Shown: positions 10,570 through 20,363 of the stretch, in pieces
How the letters are laid out: the number at the start of each line of letters is the position of its first letter
Position numbering within the stretch: position 1 is the first letter of the stretch
From: Bdellovibrionota bacterium
GTDB taxonomy: Bacteria > Bdellovibrionota_C > UBA2361 > JBIKUX01
Assembly (NCBI GenBank): GCA_044347345.1
Contig: JBIKUX010000002.1
Location: forward strand, 64,001-128,000
Length of the DNA: 64,000 nt
Direction of reading: 5' to 3'
Made by a program: the position numbers and the translations under genes
Notes under the pieces: generated by a model
What the model was told of the DNA's origin: nothing
The model's database searches: none
The model's input: only the letters and a program-made list of their open reading frames with translations

Positions 10570-10929
10570 ATGACTATGAACGATACACCGAACAGTAATT
10601 TTGGTCTTATTGATGGAGATACAGTGGGTCTTTTTGGATTACCCAATGAAACAGGTAGTCCAGAACGGCGACTTTTGCTTGCTATTCTTGAGCGAGCGAT
10701 TTTAGATTTTGTTGGCAATGACGAAAAAGAGCGTGAAATAGCTCAAATTTGGCTATTTGAAGATTATTCAAATAACAGCGACGTCGAAGTACCAATCACT
10801 GTCTCAGAAATATGCGAAGCCTTAGATTTAGATTGTACTAAGGTTCGTAATCGAGTAAGAAAAATGCCAAGACGTGGGGATAAGAAAGTTGCTCCATGGT
10901 ACTTTGAGCGCCACATAAAAGCCGCTTAA
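10570..10929 (+). CDS. Hypothetical small helical protein
   Basis: 119-aa ORF, PERRLLLAILERAILD...EICEALDLD; followed by a hairpin. Confidence 0.75.
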   Translation: MTMNDTPNSNFGLIDGDTVGLFGLPNETGSPERRLLLAILERAILDFVGNDEKEREIAQIWLFEDYSNNSDVEVPITVSEICEALDLDCTKVRNRVRKMPRRGDKKVAPWYFERHIKAA

Positions 10930-10946
10930 AAACAAGCTTTCTTCAC

Positions 10947-10973
10947 TATAAAGGGTAATAAAATACCCTTTAT
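10947..10973. terminator. Hairpin between convergent genes, likely bidirectional terminator
   Basis: Perfect 11-bp stem TATAAAGGGTA-ATAAA-TACCCTTTATA. Confidence 0.6.
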
Positions 10974-11011
10974 ATGTTCTTTTGCAAAAAGTCATAAAAA
11001 TGCTTTTCAAG

Positions 11012-11731
11012 TTAGCCAGCAACGGCATGAAATCCAGCTCTATGATGTAAATGTGTTCTAGAAGTAATAGCTTCGCTCTTTGAGCCGTACCCTCTTCGCC
11101 TTACAATTTCTTTCGATACAAGATGAGCAAAACTAAGTCTTCGAGCCAGAAGGCGCAAGGTAATCAACCCCAAGATCAAAAGTAAGGTAAAAATAAGCGA
11201 AATAATTGTTTCTAATGAGCCTATTTCAATAAAACCTATTAAAGCAAGCACCACTATCACTCCCAATGGACCACTAGCGACCATAATGAGACGAGAAAGC
11301 ACACGCCACCAGACAATTTTAATAAAAAGATGGTCATCACTCACCTGAGGTGATAGCAAATCCTCTAAATATGATTCTAAACACTCGGTAGATACAACGC
11401 TCACCGCAATTTGAAATTCACTACTTATCCAATATTCGTGAGCTCGACTTACTTCACGATTACTACTGAGATTACAATTAGAAACTTTAAACAATGTAGC
11501 TAATAAACTATTAACTCTCTCAAACCAAACATAAGCAGAAACACCGAAAGAAGCGGGTAAAAATACCTGTAAAATAAGAGAAAAAGGGGCGCGAGACTCA
11601 CAGTGGAGCAACGCACCCCCGATAACAGCATAAGTCCCAAGTATGGATCGTCTAGTAAACTCCTCTGTTCTCACAACTAATTGAGAGGTTTTAACAATTG
11701 AAATTTCACCTGTTTTTTTATCTTGTTTCAC
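11012..11731 (-). CDS. Hypothetical membrane protein
   Basis: 239-aa ORF with two C-terminal TM helices; directly downstream of fumC. Confidence 0.65.
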   Translation of the reverse strand: MKQDKKTGEISIVKTSQLVVRTEEFTRRSILGTYAVIGGALLHCESRAPFSLILQVFLPASFGVSAYVWFERVNSLLATLFKVSNCNLSSNREVSRAHEYWISSEFQIAVSVVSTECLESYLEDLLSPQVSDDHLFIKIVWWRVLSRLIMVASGPLGVIVVLALIGFIEIGSLETIISLIFTLLLILGLITLRLLARRLSFAHLVSKEIVRRRGYGSKSEAITSRTHLHHRAGFHAVAG

Positions 11732-11801
11732 ACAAGTATTTTTTGTTTCAAACTTTTATTACTAGGAATTTACTGATGTAAACTTGCAGACCTACTTTAC
11801 T

Positions 11802-13178
11802 CTAAAGGCCGGGTCTAATCATAGCAAATAAGTCAAGTACCTTATCCAATTCTTCAGAGGAAAGAAGTCCCATCTTTTTGGCCGCTTCCCGAACAGATAA
11901 ATTCTCCTGAGTTGCTAATTTAGAAACTTGAGCTGCCCGATCATAACCAATGTGCGGAACTAAAGAAGTACAAATAGAGAGACTATTCTGAGCATACTCT
12001 AGACACTGCTTTAAATCAGCCTCAAGTCCTTCTAAACACTTATGTGTAAAATTTTTGGCAGATGCGCTTAAAAGCTCAATAGACTCCAGAAGATTACGTG
12101 CAATTACCGGAAGCATCACGTTTAGCTCAAAATTGCCATGTTGACCAGCTACCATAATACAAGCATCATTTCCCATTACTTGAGCACAGACCATAAGTAG
12201 CGATTCTGCAATAACGGGATTTACTTTAGCCGGCATAATACTTGAGCCCGGCTGAACAGCTGGAATTTTCAGCTCTCCAAAACCACATCGGGGACCACTA
12301 GACATCCACCTAATATCATTGGCTATTTTCATCAATGCACAAGCTAGTGCTCTAAGAGTACCGCTTAGAGCTACTGCACCCTCTTGACCACCCTGCAATG
12401 CAAAGTGATTTTCTGTACGTCGAAACTGAACTCCCGTTATCCGACTTAGATTCTCAATTGCTAAATCAGCGAACGCAGGATGCGTATTGATTCCAGTGCC
12501 TACAGCAGTTCCCCCAAGAGTTAAAGAGCATAGCTCTTCAACAGCTGCTTCAATACGCTTTCTGGCAAGAGAGACTTGAAAAGCATAACCACCAAATTCC
12601 TGCCCGAGCGTAACTGGTGTTGCATCTTGAAGATGAGTTCGACCGCTTTTGATTACTTCACTAAACTGATGAGCCTTATCAAGTAAAACTCTCTCCATCT
12701 CTTCTAAAGCAGGCATCAGAGCTGATTTTACTCTCATTACTGAAGCTATACTTATCGCTGTTGGTATAACATCATTTGACGATTGACACATGTTTACATG
12801 GTCGTTTGGATGAATTCTTGTTGTTCCATCAGAAAGAAATGTGTTAGCTCGGTTAGCAATAACCTCATTTGCATTCATATTTGTGGAAGTACCCGAACCA
12901 GTTTGAAATACATCAACCACAAATTGTTCAAAAAATTTACCTTCCCAAATTTCAAAAGCTGCTTTCCTCACAGCGTCACCAATTTGATTATCAATAAGCC
13001 TTAAGGATAGGTTAGCTTCGACGGCAGCGACTTTGATTGCTCCCAATACTTTTATAAACCATTTAGGTAAACCGTTTCCACTTATAGGAAAATTTAGTAC
13101 TGCTCGCTGAGTTGAAGCTCCGTAAAGAGCATCATCAGGAACTTGCATCTCACCCATTGAATCCTTTTCTTTTCGCAT
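11802..13178 (-). CDS. fumC: Class II fumarate hydratase
   Basis: RKEKDSMGE, QTGSGTSTNMN, GRTHLQDA, GSSIMPAKVNP, GNFELNV. Confidence 0.95.
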   Translation of the reverse strand: MRKEKDSMGEMQVPDDALYGASTQRAVLNFPISGNGLPKWFIKVLGAIKVAAVEANLSLRLIDNQIGDAVRKAAFEIWEGKFFEQFVVDVFQTGSGTSTNMNANEVIANRANTFLSDGTTRIHPNDHVNMCQSSNDVIPTAISIASVMRVKSALMPALEEMERVLLDKAHQFSEVIKSGRTHLQDATPVTLGQEFGGYAFQVSLARKRIEAAVEELCSLTLGGTAVGTGINTHPAFADLAIENLSRITGVQFRRTENHFALQGGQEGAVALSGTLRALACALMKIANDIRWMSSGPRCGFGELKIPAVQPGSSIMPAKVNPVIAESLLMVCAQVMGNDACIMVAGQHGNFELNVMLPVIARNLLESIELLSASAKNFTHKCLEGLEADLKQCLEYAQNSLSICTSLVPHIGYDRAAQVSKLATQENLSVREAAKKMGLLSSEELDKVLDLFAMIRPGL

Positions 13179-13294
13179 ATTTATAGTTCCTTAATAGTAT
13201 TCTGGTCTGTTACTAACTTTTCAATCATCCTAACTGGGTAACACCTGACAAAGCTAGAATATCTAAAAGCTGAAAATTTTTTAAAAGAATCAGC

Positions 13295-14125
13295 ATGGCA
13301 CCAACTAAATTACCAGTAAAACCCGCTACTCAGGCTCTGAGTTTCACTATCCCCACCAACCCCACAGCATTAATACAATGCACAAATATAGTTCAGGAAC
13401 CAAATTTTAGAGTAAATCAGCTAGCTTTAGCTATTAGAGAAGATCCTGCTATTGTTCTTGACCTTTTTCATCAAGCTAATTCAGTTGATTTAGGTGCGGG
13501 GCGACAACCATTGTTTTCCATCGACGCCGCAATCACACGATTAGGCGATGAGTTAATGTATAAACTATTAAAGAATTTAAAAACTACAGAAGATTCCACT
13601 CCACCAGAATTAATCCCATGGATTGAAATTAATAGAGAGAGGGGGCGCAAAATTGCCCATGTCTCAGCTATCCTTGCTGATATTTGCAATAGGACAGCTA
13701 CAAATGAAGCATATTTAGCAGGTCTTTTCTGTTGTGTAGGAGAAATACTGGCTGTTTTACACTTAGGTGCAGAATACGTTCAGGTAGCAAGTGGAATTAG
13801 TAACGCCGCTCTGCAGTATAAGCTAGTTCAAGATTTCAAGTTTGATACTCATGCAATAGGGGTACAATATTTACATCGAAGAGGTATCCCCGCTTCTTTA
13901 ATTATCCGCGATGAAAGCGAAACAGCATCTCGAGATCGTCGTCGCAGCACCATTAAAGTTTTAATTCATGCCGCCGAAGAATTTGTCGAAGCGGCCGAAC
14001 GAGGCCGTTTAGGCTCTTATGCTCCAGGAAAAAACCTTCCCTCTCAAAGTAAGCTCAGAGTGCTCCAACTTCAAGGAAACCAATACGAAAATATTTTTGC
14101 ACAAGTAAAAGCGACATTACAATGA
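13295..14125 (+). CDS. HDOD-domain protein
   Basis: IREDPAIVLDLFHQANS, SIDAAITRLG, EAYLAGLFCCVGE, THAIGVQYL. Confidence 0.8.
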   Translation: MAPTKLPVKPATQALSFTIPTNPTALIQCTNIVQEPNFRVNQLALAIREDPAIVLDLFHQANSVDLGAGRQPLFSIDAAITRLGDELMYKLLKNLKTTEDSTPPELIPWIEINRERGRKIAHVSAILADICNRTATNEAYLAGLFCCVGEILAVLHLGAEYVQVASGISNAALQYKLVQDFKFDTHAIGVQYLHRRGIPASLIIRDESETASRDRRRSTIKVLIHAAEEFVEAAERGRLGSYAPGKNLPSQSKLRVLQLQGNQYENIFAQVKATLQ

Positions 14126-14272
14126 GTTACACCCTACCGATAAAATAGATTTATTTTTTTAGATAAAAAACTTCACAAATAGTGACGCTTTCTCAAGAAG
14201 TTACTCTACTCTGTCGACTTTTCCTAAGAAAAGTAACTAGCCTTTTCTCTAACAAAACTAACAAGGGCGTAA

Positions 14273-16063
14273 ATGAACGAAGAAGACAAGTCAAAACAGT
14301 CCTTAGCATTTAATCGACTTGATCACGCTCAGACAGTTCAATTACCACTCGACCAAATAGTACTTAGTGAAGCTAATAAGCTAATATCGGAAGATAAGGG
14401 AAAAACTGACCAATTTTACCTATGTGCATCTCAAGATCCGGTACTTATTTTAGAATTATTTAACAAAGCAAAAGAATCTTCTAAAGCCGGAGAAAAGACT
14501 TTCTTCTCATCTATTGGTGCAGTTATGAGCCGAATAGGAGAGAATGAAGCTCTTCAATTTTTAAACCAATTAAACTCCCGCAATGCCAATACAATAAAAT
14601 GGGTAGAAATACACAGGAGCAAAGGAAAACGCAGTGGCTTAATTGCTCGTATGATAGCGCAAATTACGGCAAAAAATCTTGCTGACGAGGCTCAACTGAG
14701 TGCACTACTACACTGTATTGGAGAAATGCTTGCTGCATCCGTACTAGAGTCTGAGTACGCAGAACTTGCTGAACTTACCACTCGAGCCGGTGTTCTACAT
14801 TCATTAGTAAATGATTTTAATTTTGACGTAAATCAAATCGAGCGCTTCTACTTAAGCAAACGAGGTATTCCATCAAGTCTTATAGTCGCCATCCGCCCTG
14901 CTCCCGGAGCTCCAGAAACAGAGCCACTTAAAACAATTCGTTCAATCGTAATGTCAGCAAAGGAAATGGTAGAACGTTTTGATGAAGGGACGTGGGACAA
15001 AATAGCTCCTGGAGAAAAACTACCCATGCGGAGCGCACTTCAAAATTTATCTTTTACTAACTCTGCGAATTATACAAAGTTATATGAACGAGCTTCCGAG
15101 TATCTAACAAAAATAAAATTTATTGAATCTCAAAGGCGCGAGAAAACCCAAGCTCACCAATCTTATCCTGAAGTAGCTCAAGATACATCAAATGATGATA
15201 ATGTTATTTCCAGCGAAATAATCACCACAGTAACTAATACTACCCCTACTTATAAAGCATCTAGAACTCCTTTAAAACAAGTTCTTAAAGAAACGCCTTT
15301 AGAGAATTCTATTGAAGATGAACCTCAAAAGTTACAATCAGTTCAAGAAGAAAACACTGAATCAAATAACTTAAAAGAAAAAGATAGCGATAGAAAAAAC
15401 ACGAATCTTCTGCCAGAGAAAGCAGTATTTGAACAAAACGTAAAACACTCGCCCAAAAAGAGAAAATCTGAAAAATTCATCGATCAATCAGGCAAAAATA
15501 GAACTAAAAAAAGGCCTTTACATTCAGACGATTCTGAATCGTCTGATAGTGATGTCAAACTAACTTCCCCAACTCCTTTAATTGCCTTAAAGGGTACAAA
15601 AAAAATTCTTACTTCCATGAATAGAGCTATGTCATCTGCCAAAAACAGCGAAGAGCTACTATCAAACCTTCTATCAACTCTGATTGATGACGGTCCTTTT
15701 GAGAAAACAGCTATAATTGTTATTTCAGAGGATCGTAAAAACGCCACCGTTGTAGCAGCTCGTGGCCCAAATATTGGTAACGGACAGCGACTTTCTCTTG
15801 ACGATCCACTTTCTCCACTCGCTCAATCTATATCTAAAATTCAAAGCTTTGGCAGAAAAGAAAGTTCAGTATCGCCATTTGGCAGTAAAGCATTTGCAGT
15901 AGCTCCGCTTGATACTCACCACCATACTCCAGTTGCCCTTTACGCTGATTGTGGCAGTGATAACGCAATTACCTTTGAAGCACGACGCATTTTTAGATCA
16001 GTAGTAGATATGGTGAACGAGAAGATACGAGATCTTCCTGGAGGAATTCCTTACGAAATTTGA
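14273..16063 (+). CDS. HDOD-domain protein with charged linker and C-terminal GAF-like domain
   Basis: SQDPVLILELFN, SSIGAVMSRIG, ALLHCIGE; C-terminal AIIVISEDRKNATVVAARG...AFAVAPL...VALYAD. Confidence 0.75.
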   Translation: MNEEDKSKQSLAFNRLDHAQTVQLPLDQIVLSEANKLISEDKGKTDQFYLCASQDPVLILELFNKAKESSKAGEKTFFSSIGAVMSRIGENEALQFLNQLNSRNANTIKWVEIHRSKGKRSGLIARMIAQITAKNLADEAQLSALLHCIGEMLAASVLESEYAELAELTTRAGVLHSLVNDFNFDVNQIERFYLSKRGIPSSLIVAIRPAPGAPETEPLKTIRSIVMSAKEMVERFDEGTWDKIAPGEKLPMRSALQNLSFTNSANYTKLYERASEYLTKIKFIESQRREKTQAHQSYPEVAQDTSNDDNVISSEIITTVTNTTPTYKASRTPLKQVLKETPLENSIEDEPQKLQSVQEENTESNNLKEKDSDRKNTNLLPEKAVFEQNVKHSPKKRKSEKFIDQSGKNRTKKRPLHSDDSESSDSDVKLTSPTPLIALKGTKKILTSMNRAMSSAKNSEELLSNLLSTLIDDGPFEKTAIIVISEDRKNATVVAARGPNIGNGQRLSLDDPLSPLAQSISKIQSFGRKESSVSPFGSKAFAVAPLDTHHHTPVALYADCGSDNAITFEARRIFRSVVDMVNEKIRDLPGGIPYEI

Positions 16064-16088
16064 TATCTATGGTCAAATACTACGCGCT

Positions 16089-16122
16089 ATTTTTCAAACA
16101 CTTTTATCATTTTTCAAACACT
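16089..16122. repeat. 14-bp direct repeat ATTTTTCAAACACT x2, 20-bp period
   Basis: Copies at 16089-16102 and 16109-16122, upstream of skp. Confidence 0.8.
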
Positions 16123-16290
16123 GTCCTAAGCCTTATTTAAATTACATAACAGCTCAAGCACTGTGAGATAGGCTAAATTATTGCCCTAATGCGTAGTAAT
16201 ACTTTAATCTCAGAGTATTCTACTTTATTTGATAATCTATTTAAGTAAGGTGAGCTTGAAAATTAAATATCAATTCTTGGGAATCGTTAT

Positions 16291-16878
16291 ATGTCGCAGT
16301 TAATCCTCCCTGTTTATAAATTTTTCACCGGTATTATCAAGAATGAGTCGTTTCAATATGTTGCTTATTTGACTCAAAGCAAAGTTCTCTTAACTGTACT
16401 CTGTTGTCTAACAACAGGCCTGATTACATTACCCAATGAAGCTAAGTCTCAAGTTAGAATAGCTACAGTCGATATGTCGCGTATTTTAAATGAATCTAGT
16501 GAAGCTAAAACTCGAAGAAAAGAGCTAGATTCTTTAAGTTCTACAGCTCGAAAAAAAATTGACTCAAAAAAGAATGAACTTAAAGCACTTGAAGGCTCAC
16601 TTCAAAAAGAAAGAAATGAAGAAATAGAGCGTCAATATAGAGAGGAAGCTCGTGAGCTTTCAAGACTAGTTAAAGATGAAGAGGATGAACTGCGTGCTAA
16701 GTTTGTCTCAGCTAACAGAGAACTAACGCAGAAAGCCCTCAGTCTTGTTCGTAACTATGCGACCAAAGAGGGAGTAGATCTGGTACTCGACAAAAGCTCT
16801 GTTGATAGGGGCACTGTACTATTTAGTCTTGAAAAGGTCGATATAACCGAAGCAATATTACAACAACTTGATAATTAG
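16291..16878 (+). CDS. skp: OmpH/Skp periplasmic chaperone
   Basis: RIATVDMSRIL, coiled coil, YATKEGVDLVLD...VLF...DITEAIL; start uncertain. Confidence 0.9.
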   Translation: MSQLILPVYKFFTGIIKNESFQYVAYLTQSKVLLTVLCCLTTGLITLPNEAKSQVRIATVDMSRILNESSEAKTRRKELDSLSSTARKKIDSKKNELKALEGSLQKERNEEIERQYREEARELSRLVKDEEDELRAKFVSANRELTQKALSLVRNYATKEGVDLVLDKSSVDRGTVLFSLEKVDITEAILQQLDN

Positions 16879-16910
16879 AATTTAAATCAATTTAGCCGGA
16901 ATAACCTGTA

Positions 16911-17789
16911 GTGGCTGACGACAATAACTACAACATTGCTTCCTCCATCGATGAGAATATGTTATGTGCTTTCAAAGGTGACAGAGGTGCTGCTGTAAAT
17001 TTCTTTATTCAATTACTCAACCATGAATTAACAGTGCCAGAGCGCTATTCAAACTCTAAGTACTGTGACGCAGTAACCTATCCACACATTTTTCTCAACA
17101 TCTTTGCTTTTCAAGATGAAGAGGGTCGAACCTGTATTCCAGCCTTTACAAATCCTGCTCATGCCAAGAGCTTCAATCCTCAAGCTGTGCAAGATAACAC
17201 CGCAATCAGCGAGCCACTTAGATGCAGAAAAGTGTCTGGAAGCGAATTATTCAAACTTACCCCAGATGATTGGTGGATAATACTTAACCCAAACCAAGAG
17301 GTGGCAAAAGAGTTATCTCCTTGGGAGCTTTCACTTCTAAAAAAAGGGGAAGAGTCAATTCCTGAAATTATTGAGGAAGTATTCTCCCAAGATACACCGA
17401 CTCCAATAAAAATATCAGCCTCAACAGATGATGAGTTCAGATCACTTCGCAGTTTTCTTATTGAGCACTGCAAATCAGACAACCGCATTACAAAATTATA
17501 CCTTTCAAAGGAGATCCCGTACAACGAATCTGCCACTATTCCGCTGATAGGTATCCTAGTTGACCCCCTTTATATCGCTGATCAAGACGCCATATTGGAA
17601 AATATAAGAGGAGTAGCAAATCTTGAGCAAGTAGGCACCGCAAAGCCCAGATTATTTATTGGTAGTGAGGATGCTCCAGGAATAATGTTGCGCTTGTTCT
17701 TAGATGCTCCACCCTTCTACATAAATCAAAAACCAATCGAACCCGTTAGCAAATGGGGACTTCCCTTTTTTCGACGAGCTTTTCGATAA
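16911..17789 (+). CDS. SseB-family protein (N- and C-terminal domains)
   Basis: FFIQLLNHELTVP, DEEGRTCIPAFT, WIILNP; C-terminal ITKLYL...PLIGI...PPFY. Confidence 0.7.
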   Translation: MADDNNYNIASSIDENMLCAFKGDRGAAVNFFIQLLNHELTVPERYSNSKYCDAVTYPHIFLNIFAFQDEEGRTCIPAFTNPAHAKSFNPQAVQDNTAISEPLRCRKVSGSELFKLTPDDWWIILNPNQEVAKELSPWELSLLKKGEESIPEIIEEVFSQDTPTPIKISASTDDEFRSLRSFLIEHCKSDNRITKLYLSKEIPYNESATIPLIGILVDPLYIADQDAILENIRGVANLEQVGTAKPRLFIGSEDAPGIMLRLFLDAPPFYINQKPIEPVSKWGLPFFRRAFR

Positions 17790-18020
17790 TTAAGGAAACG
17801 TCAATTTAATACTCCAGACAATTCTTTTCCTCAATTTCACAATCCAACGACAAAAGCTTACAACCAAATTTGTTAGTGCCAGCTATATTGCAAAAGGTAT
17901 ATTTATTGCATCGGACCCTCAGCTAATCCAGAGAGATACCTCCCGGACATAAATAGTTTCCGGCCTCAAGAGATCTACAAAGTATGCCGTCCAAACCTTA
18001 AATACCAAGGAAGGAGAGAT

Positions 18021-18308
18021 ATGCGAATAATCACTTCAGAAAGTGACGAATACTCTAAACTGCTACAATCTTTAAATAATTCTATTGTAATCGGTACTTA
18101 TACGAAAGAAGAATGCCTTCGTACGGTAAGCATCAAACGACACTTGATAATGATCCAATTAGAGGAAGATCCAACTAAAATTGCTGTACATGAAGCCCCT
18201 AGCCCATTTGCTGCTGAGCGACTTGCTACACAAGTTCTACAAAAACATCAATTACAGGGGGCAGAGGTAAGATTTACCGCCAACAGAGAAAATTTTGATA
18301 AATTTTAA
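18021..18308 (+). CDS. Hypothetical small protein
   Basis: 95-aa ORF with strong RBS AAGGAAGGAGAG. Confidence 0.75.
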   Translation: MRIITSESDEYSKLLQSLNNSIVIGTYTKEECLRTVSIKRHLIMIQLEEDPTKIAVHEAPSPFAAERLATQVLQKHQLQGAEVRFTANRENFDKF

Positions 18309-18348
18309 TCTGTAAGAGTAAAGATATTTTTTCCTTATTGACCTTATA

Positions 18349-18357
18349 TGCTATACT
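18349..18357 (+). promoter_or_regulatory. Extended -10 promoter for folK (near-leaderless transcript)
   Basis: TGcTATACT ending 9 nt before ATG 18367; no obvious RBS. Confidence 0.4.
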
Positions 18358-18366
18358 TTTGGTGTT

Positions 18367-19116
18367 ATGGGCAAATTTTTACCGTCAACATCGGCGCTAA
18401 TTGCGCTCGGAAGTAATCTTGGAGACCGAGAAGGGCTTATTCTCACTGCTTTACAATACTTATCTGAGCGAGTAGGAGATATTAAAAAAGTATCTCGTCT
18501 TTACGAAACTGAGCCCTTATTGCCAATGATGAGCTCAAGCTACGATGCGCTCACCAACTCTGAAGTTAATAATAACGTTAAATCAAGGACAGACTCATCA
18601 GTAAAAGCGGCTTCTTTATTAAAAGAGAAAGATATTGCCTCAAAGTATCTTTACCTGAATGCCGTTACAGAAATTAGCACCACTCTTTCTCCTTCGGAGC
18701 TTTTGACTGAATTACAACAAATTGAAGCTCAACTTGGTCGAACTCCTCCAAATAACATTACGAACGACCGTGAAGAACACAATCTTTCGAGCCCTGAAGC
18801 AACTAAGGTATGGGAGCCTCGAACTATTGACTTAGATATTCTTACGTACGGAAAGCAATGTATTTCGACTGAAAAATTAACAATCCCGCACCCAGAGCTC
18901 CACTTAAGAGATTTTGTTCTAATTCCACTTCAAGAAATAGCCCCTGAATTTCGTCATCCAGCCTTGGAATCATCAATCGGGGAACTACTTCAAAGACTGC
19001 ATCGTCACTTTGTTACGGGCAAATCCATTCCGTGCCGCATAGCTTCCATTAAATATCAGGTTAACGAAAGCAAAATAGAAGCTATTGATGAATCAAAACT
19101 TGCTTCTTTTGCCTGA
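18367..19116 (+). CDS. folK: HPPK (6-hydroxymethyl-7,8-dihydropterin pyrophosphokinase) with loop insertions
   Basis: IALGSNLGDR, SRLYETEP, YLNAV, IEAQLGR, PRTIDLDIL, LTIPHP, RDFVLIPL. Confidence 0.93.
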   Translation: MGKFLPSTSALIALGSNLGDREGLILTALQYLSERVGDIKKVSRLYETEPLLPMMSSSYDALTNSEVNNNVKSRTDSSVKAASLLKEKDIASKYLYLNAVTEISTTLSPSELLTELQQIEAQLGRTPPNNITNDREEHNLSSPEATKVWEPRTIDLDILTYGKQCISTEKLTIPHPELHLRDFVLIPLQEIAPEFRHPALESSIGELLQRLHRHFVTGKSIPCRIASIKYQVNESKIEAIDESKLASFA

Positions 19117-19143
19117 GCGCGGTACTACTTTAAAGCTGTTCAT

Positions 19144-19217
19144 GCGCTCCTAGCTCAGCTGGATAGAGCACCTGACTACGAATCAGGAGGTCGGGAGTTC
19201 GAATCTCTCGGGGCGCG
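19144..19217 (+). tRNA. tRNA-Arg(ACG), CCA not encoded
   Basis: Cloverleaf GCGCTCC/GGGGCGC, CCTGA-CT-ACG-AA-TCAGG, TTCGAAT; anticodon 19178-19180. Confidence 0.97.
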
Positions 19218-19245
19218 TGCTTTCTCTTTTGAACAATTTAACCTT

Positions 19246-19332
19246 GGAGAGGTGGCCGAGCGGCTGAAGGCGCACGCTTGGAAAGCGTGTATAGGGGAAA
19301 CTCTATCGAGGGTTCGAATCCCTCCCTCTCCG
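19246..19332 (+). tRNA. tRNA-Ser(GGA), long variable arm, CCA not encoded
   Basis: GGAGAGG/CCTCTCC stem, CACGC-TT-GGA-AA-GCGTG, variable arm ATAGGGGAAACTCTAT. Confidence 0.97.
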
Positions 19333-19375
19333 TTTCCATTTTTACACCAGTTTTAGCTTTGGTCATGCGTAAACT

Positions 19376-19414
19376 TTGTTTACTTGGGTTGTTTACTTGG
19401 GTTGTTTACTTGGG
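19376..19414. repeat. Tandem repeat TTGTTTACTTGGG x3
   Basis: Three exact contiguous 13-bp copies. Confidence 0.95.
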
Positions 19415-19452
19415 TCTATTTCATTTACTTAACATTTAGTTACTAAGTAATC

Positions 19453-19941
19453 ATGACTTTCAGTATATCTCCGTATCTTGCTTCAAAGCTAATGGGGGAA
19501 GCCCTGCATGAAGCGATGATAGCTGAGGCTCAAGGAGAAGTACCTATTGGAGCTGTTCTCGCCACTCAAAGAGGCGACATCGTAGCGCGCTCTATTAACA
19601 GCGTCACTACTAGTGGAAATCCTTTAGCTCATGCAGAGGTAAAAGTAATTGAACATTTTTCGAGTACACACCGCTCAACTCGATACGAACAGTGCATTCT
19701 GTGCGTTACTGTTGAACCATGCATAATGTGCGCTGGGGCAATTTTACTGGCTCGCATTCCTATCGTTATATGGGGTACTGAGGAGCCGATTACTGGAGCA
19801 TTCGGATCAAAACTAGATCTTTGCACTTTGATACACGAAGAGCCTAACGGTATATACCGCCCTGTTCGAAGTATAGGTGGGATACGGAGAGAGGAAGCTA
19901 AATTACTAATGCAAAATTTTTTTCGAAAACGAAGAGCTTAA
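19453..19941 (+). CDS. tadA: tRNA adenosine(34) deaminase
   Basis: GEVPIGAVL, AHAE, TVEPCIMCAGA, GAFGS, C-terminal FFRKRR. Confidence 0.92.
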   Translation: MTFSISPYLASKLMGEALHEAMIAEAQGEVPIGAVLATQRGDIVARSINSVTTSGNPLAHAEVKVIEHFSSTHRSTRYEQCILCVTVEPCIMCAGAILLARIPIVIWGTEEPITGAFGSKLDLCTLIHEEPNGIYRPVRSIGGIRREEAKLLMQNFFRKRRA

Positions 19942-20031
19942 GAATTTATTATTCTAAAACTCTTTAATAATCTCATCATCGATCCATTATCAATAATAAT
20001 GTAGGATGTAATTAATTATAAATCCTAACAA

Positions 20032-20352
20032 CTACTGTACATCAGTGCCTAATTCTAAAAGCCGTTCATTTAACAACTGACAAAGACTACCTATATCACG
20101 AAACGGCGACCGCTCAAGTGAGAAAGCTCGCTCATCAGCAAGCGTCACTGAGACTCCAAAATTATCTCTTACTCGCTGTTCAATATCGAGTATGAGGTCA
20201 ACAAAACCGAGAGAATCTAATGAGCTTTGATTGCCCAATAGGACTGTATTTAATCCAAGTGAAAGTTGCTGCGAAGGTAAAAGTCGCTCATTAATTTCCC
20301 TCACTGCTTCCAATACAAGCTGCTCAATTTCAGGCTTAACTATCCATTCCAC
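20032..20352 (-). CDS. Acyl carrier protein
   Basis: LDSLGFVDLILDIEQ phosphopantetheine site; ADERAFSLERSPFRD tail. Confidence 0.85.
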   Translation of the reverse strand: MEWIVKPEIEQLVLEAVREINERLLPSQQLSLGLNTVLLGNQSSLDSLGFVDLILDIEQRVRDNFGVSVTLADERAFSLERSPFRDIGSLCQLLNERLLELGTDVQ

Positions 20353-20363
20353 AGACTAACTCC

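Noticed and set aside
17877..17892. Sigma54-like TGCCAGCTATATTGCA
   Set aside because: Lacks the invariant GG at -24
19376..19414. 13-bp repeats as a CRISPR array
   Set aside because: Contiguous copies with no spacers, too short, no cas genes
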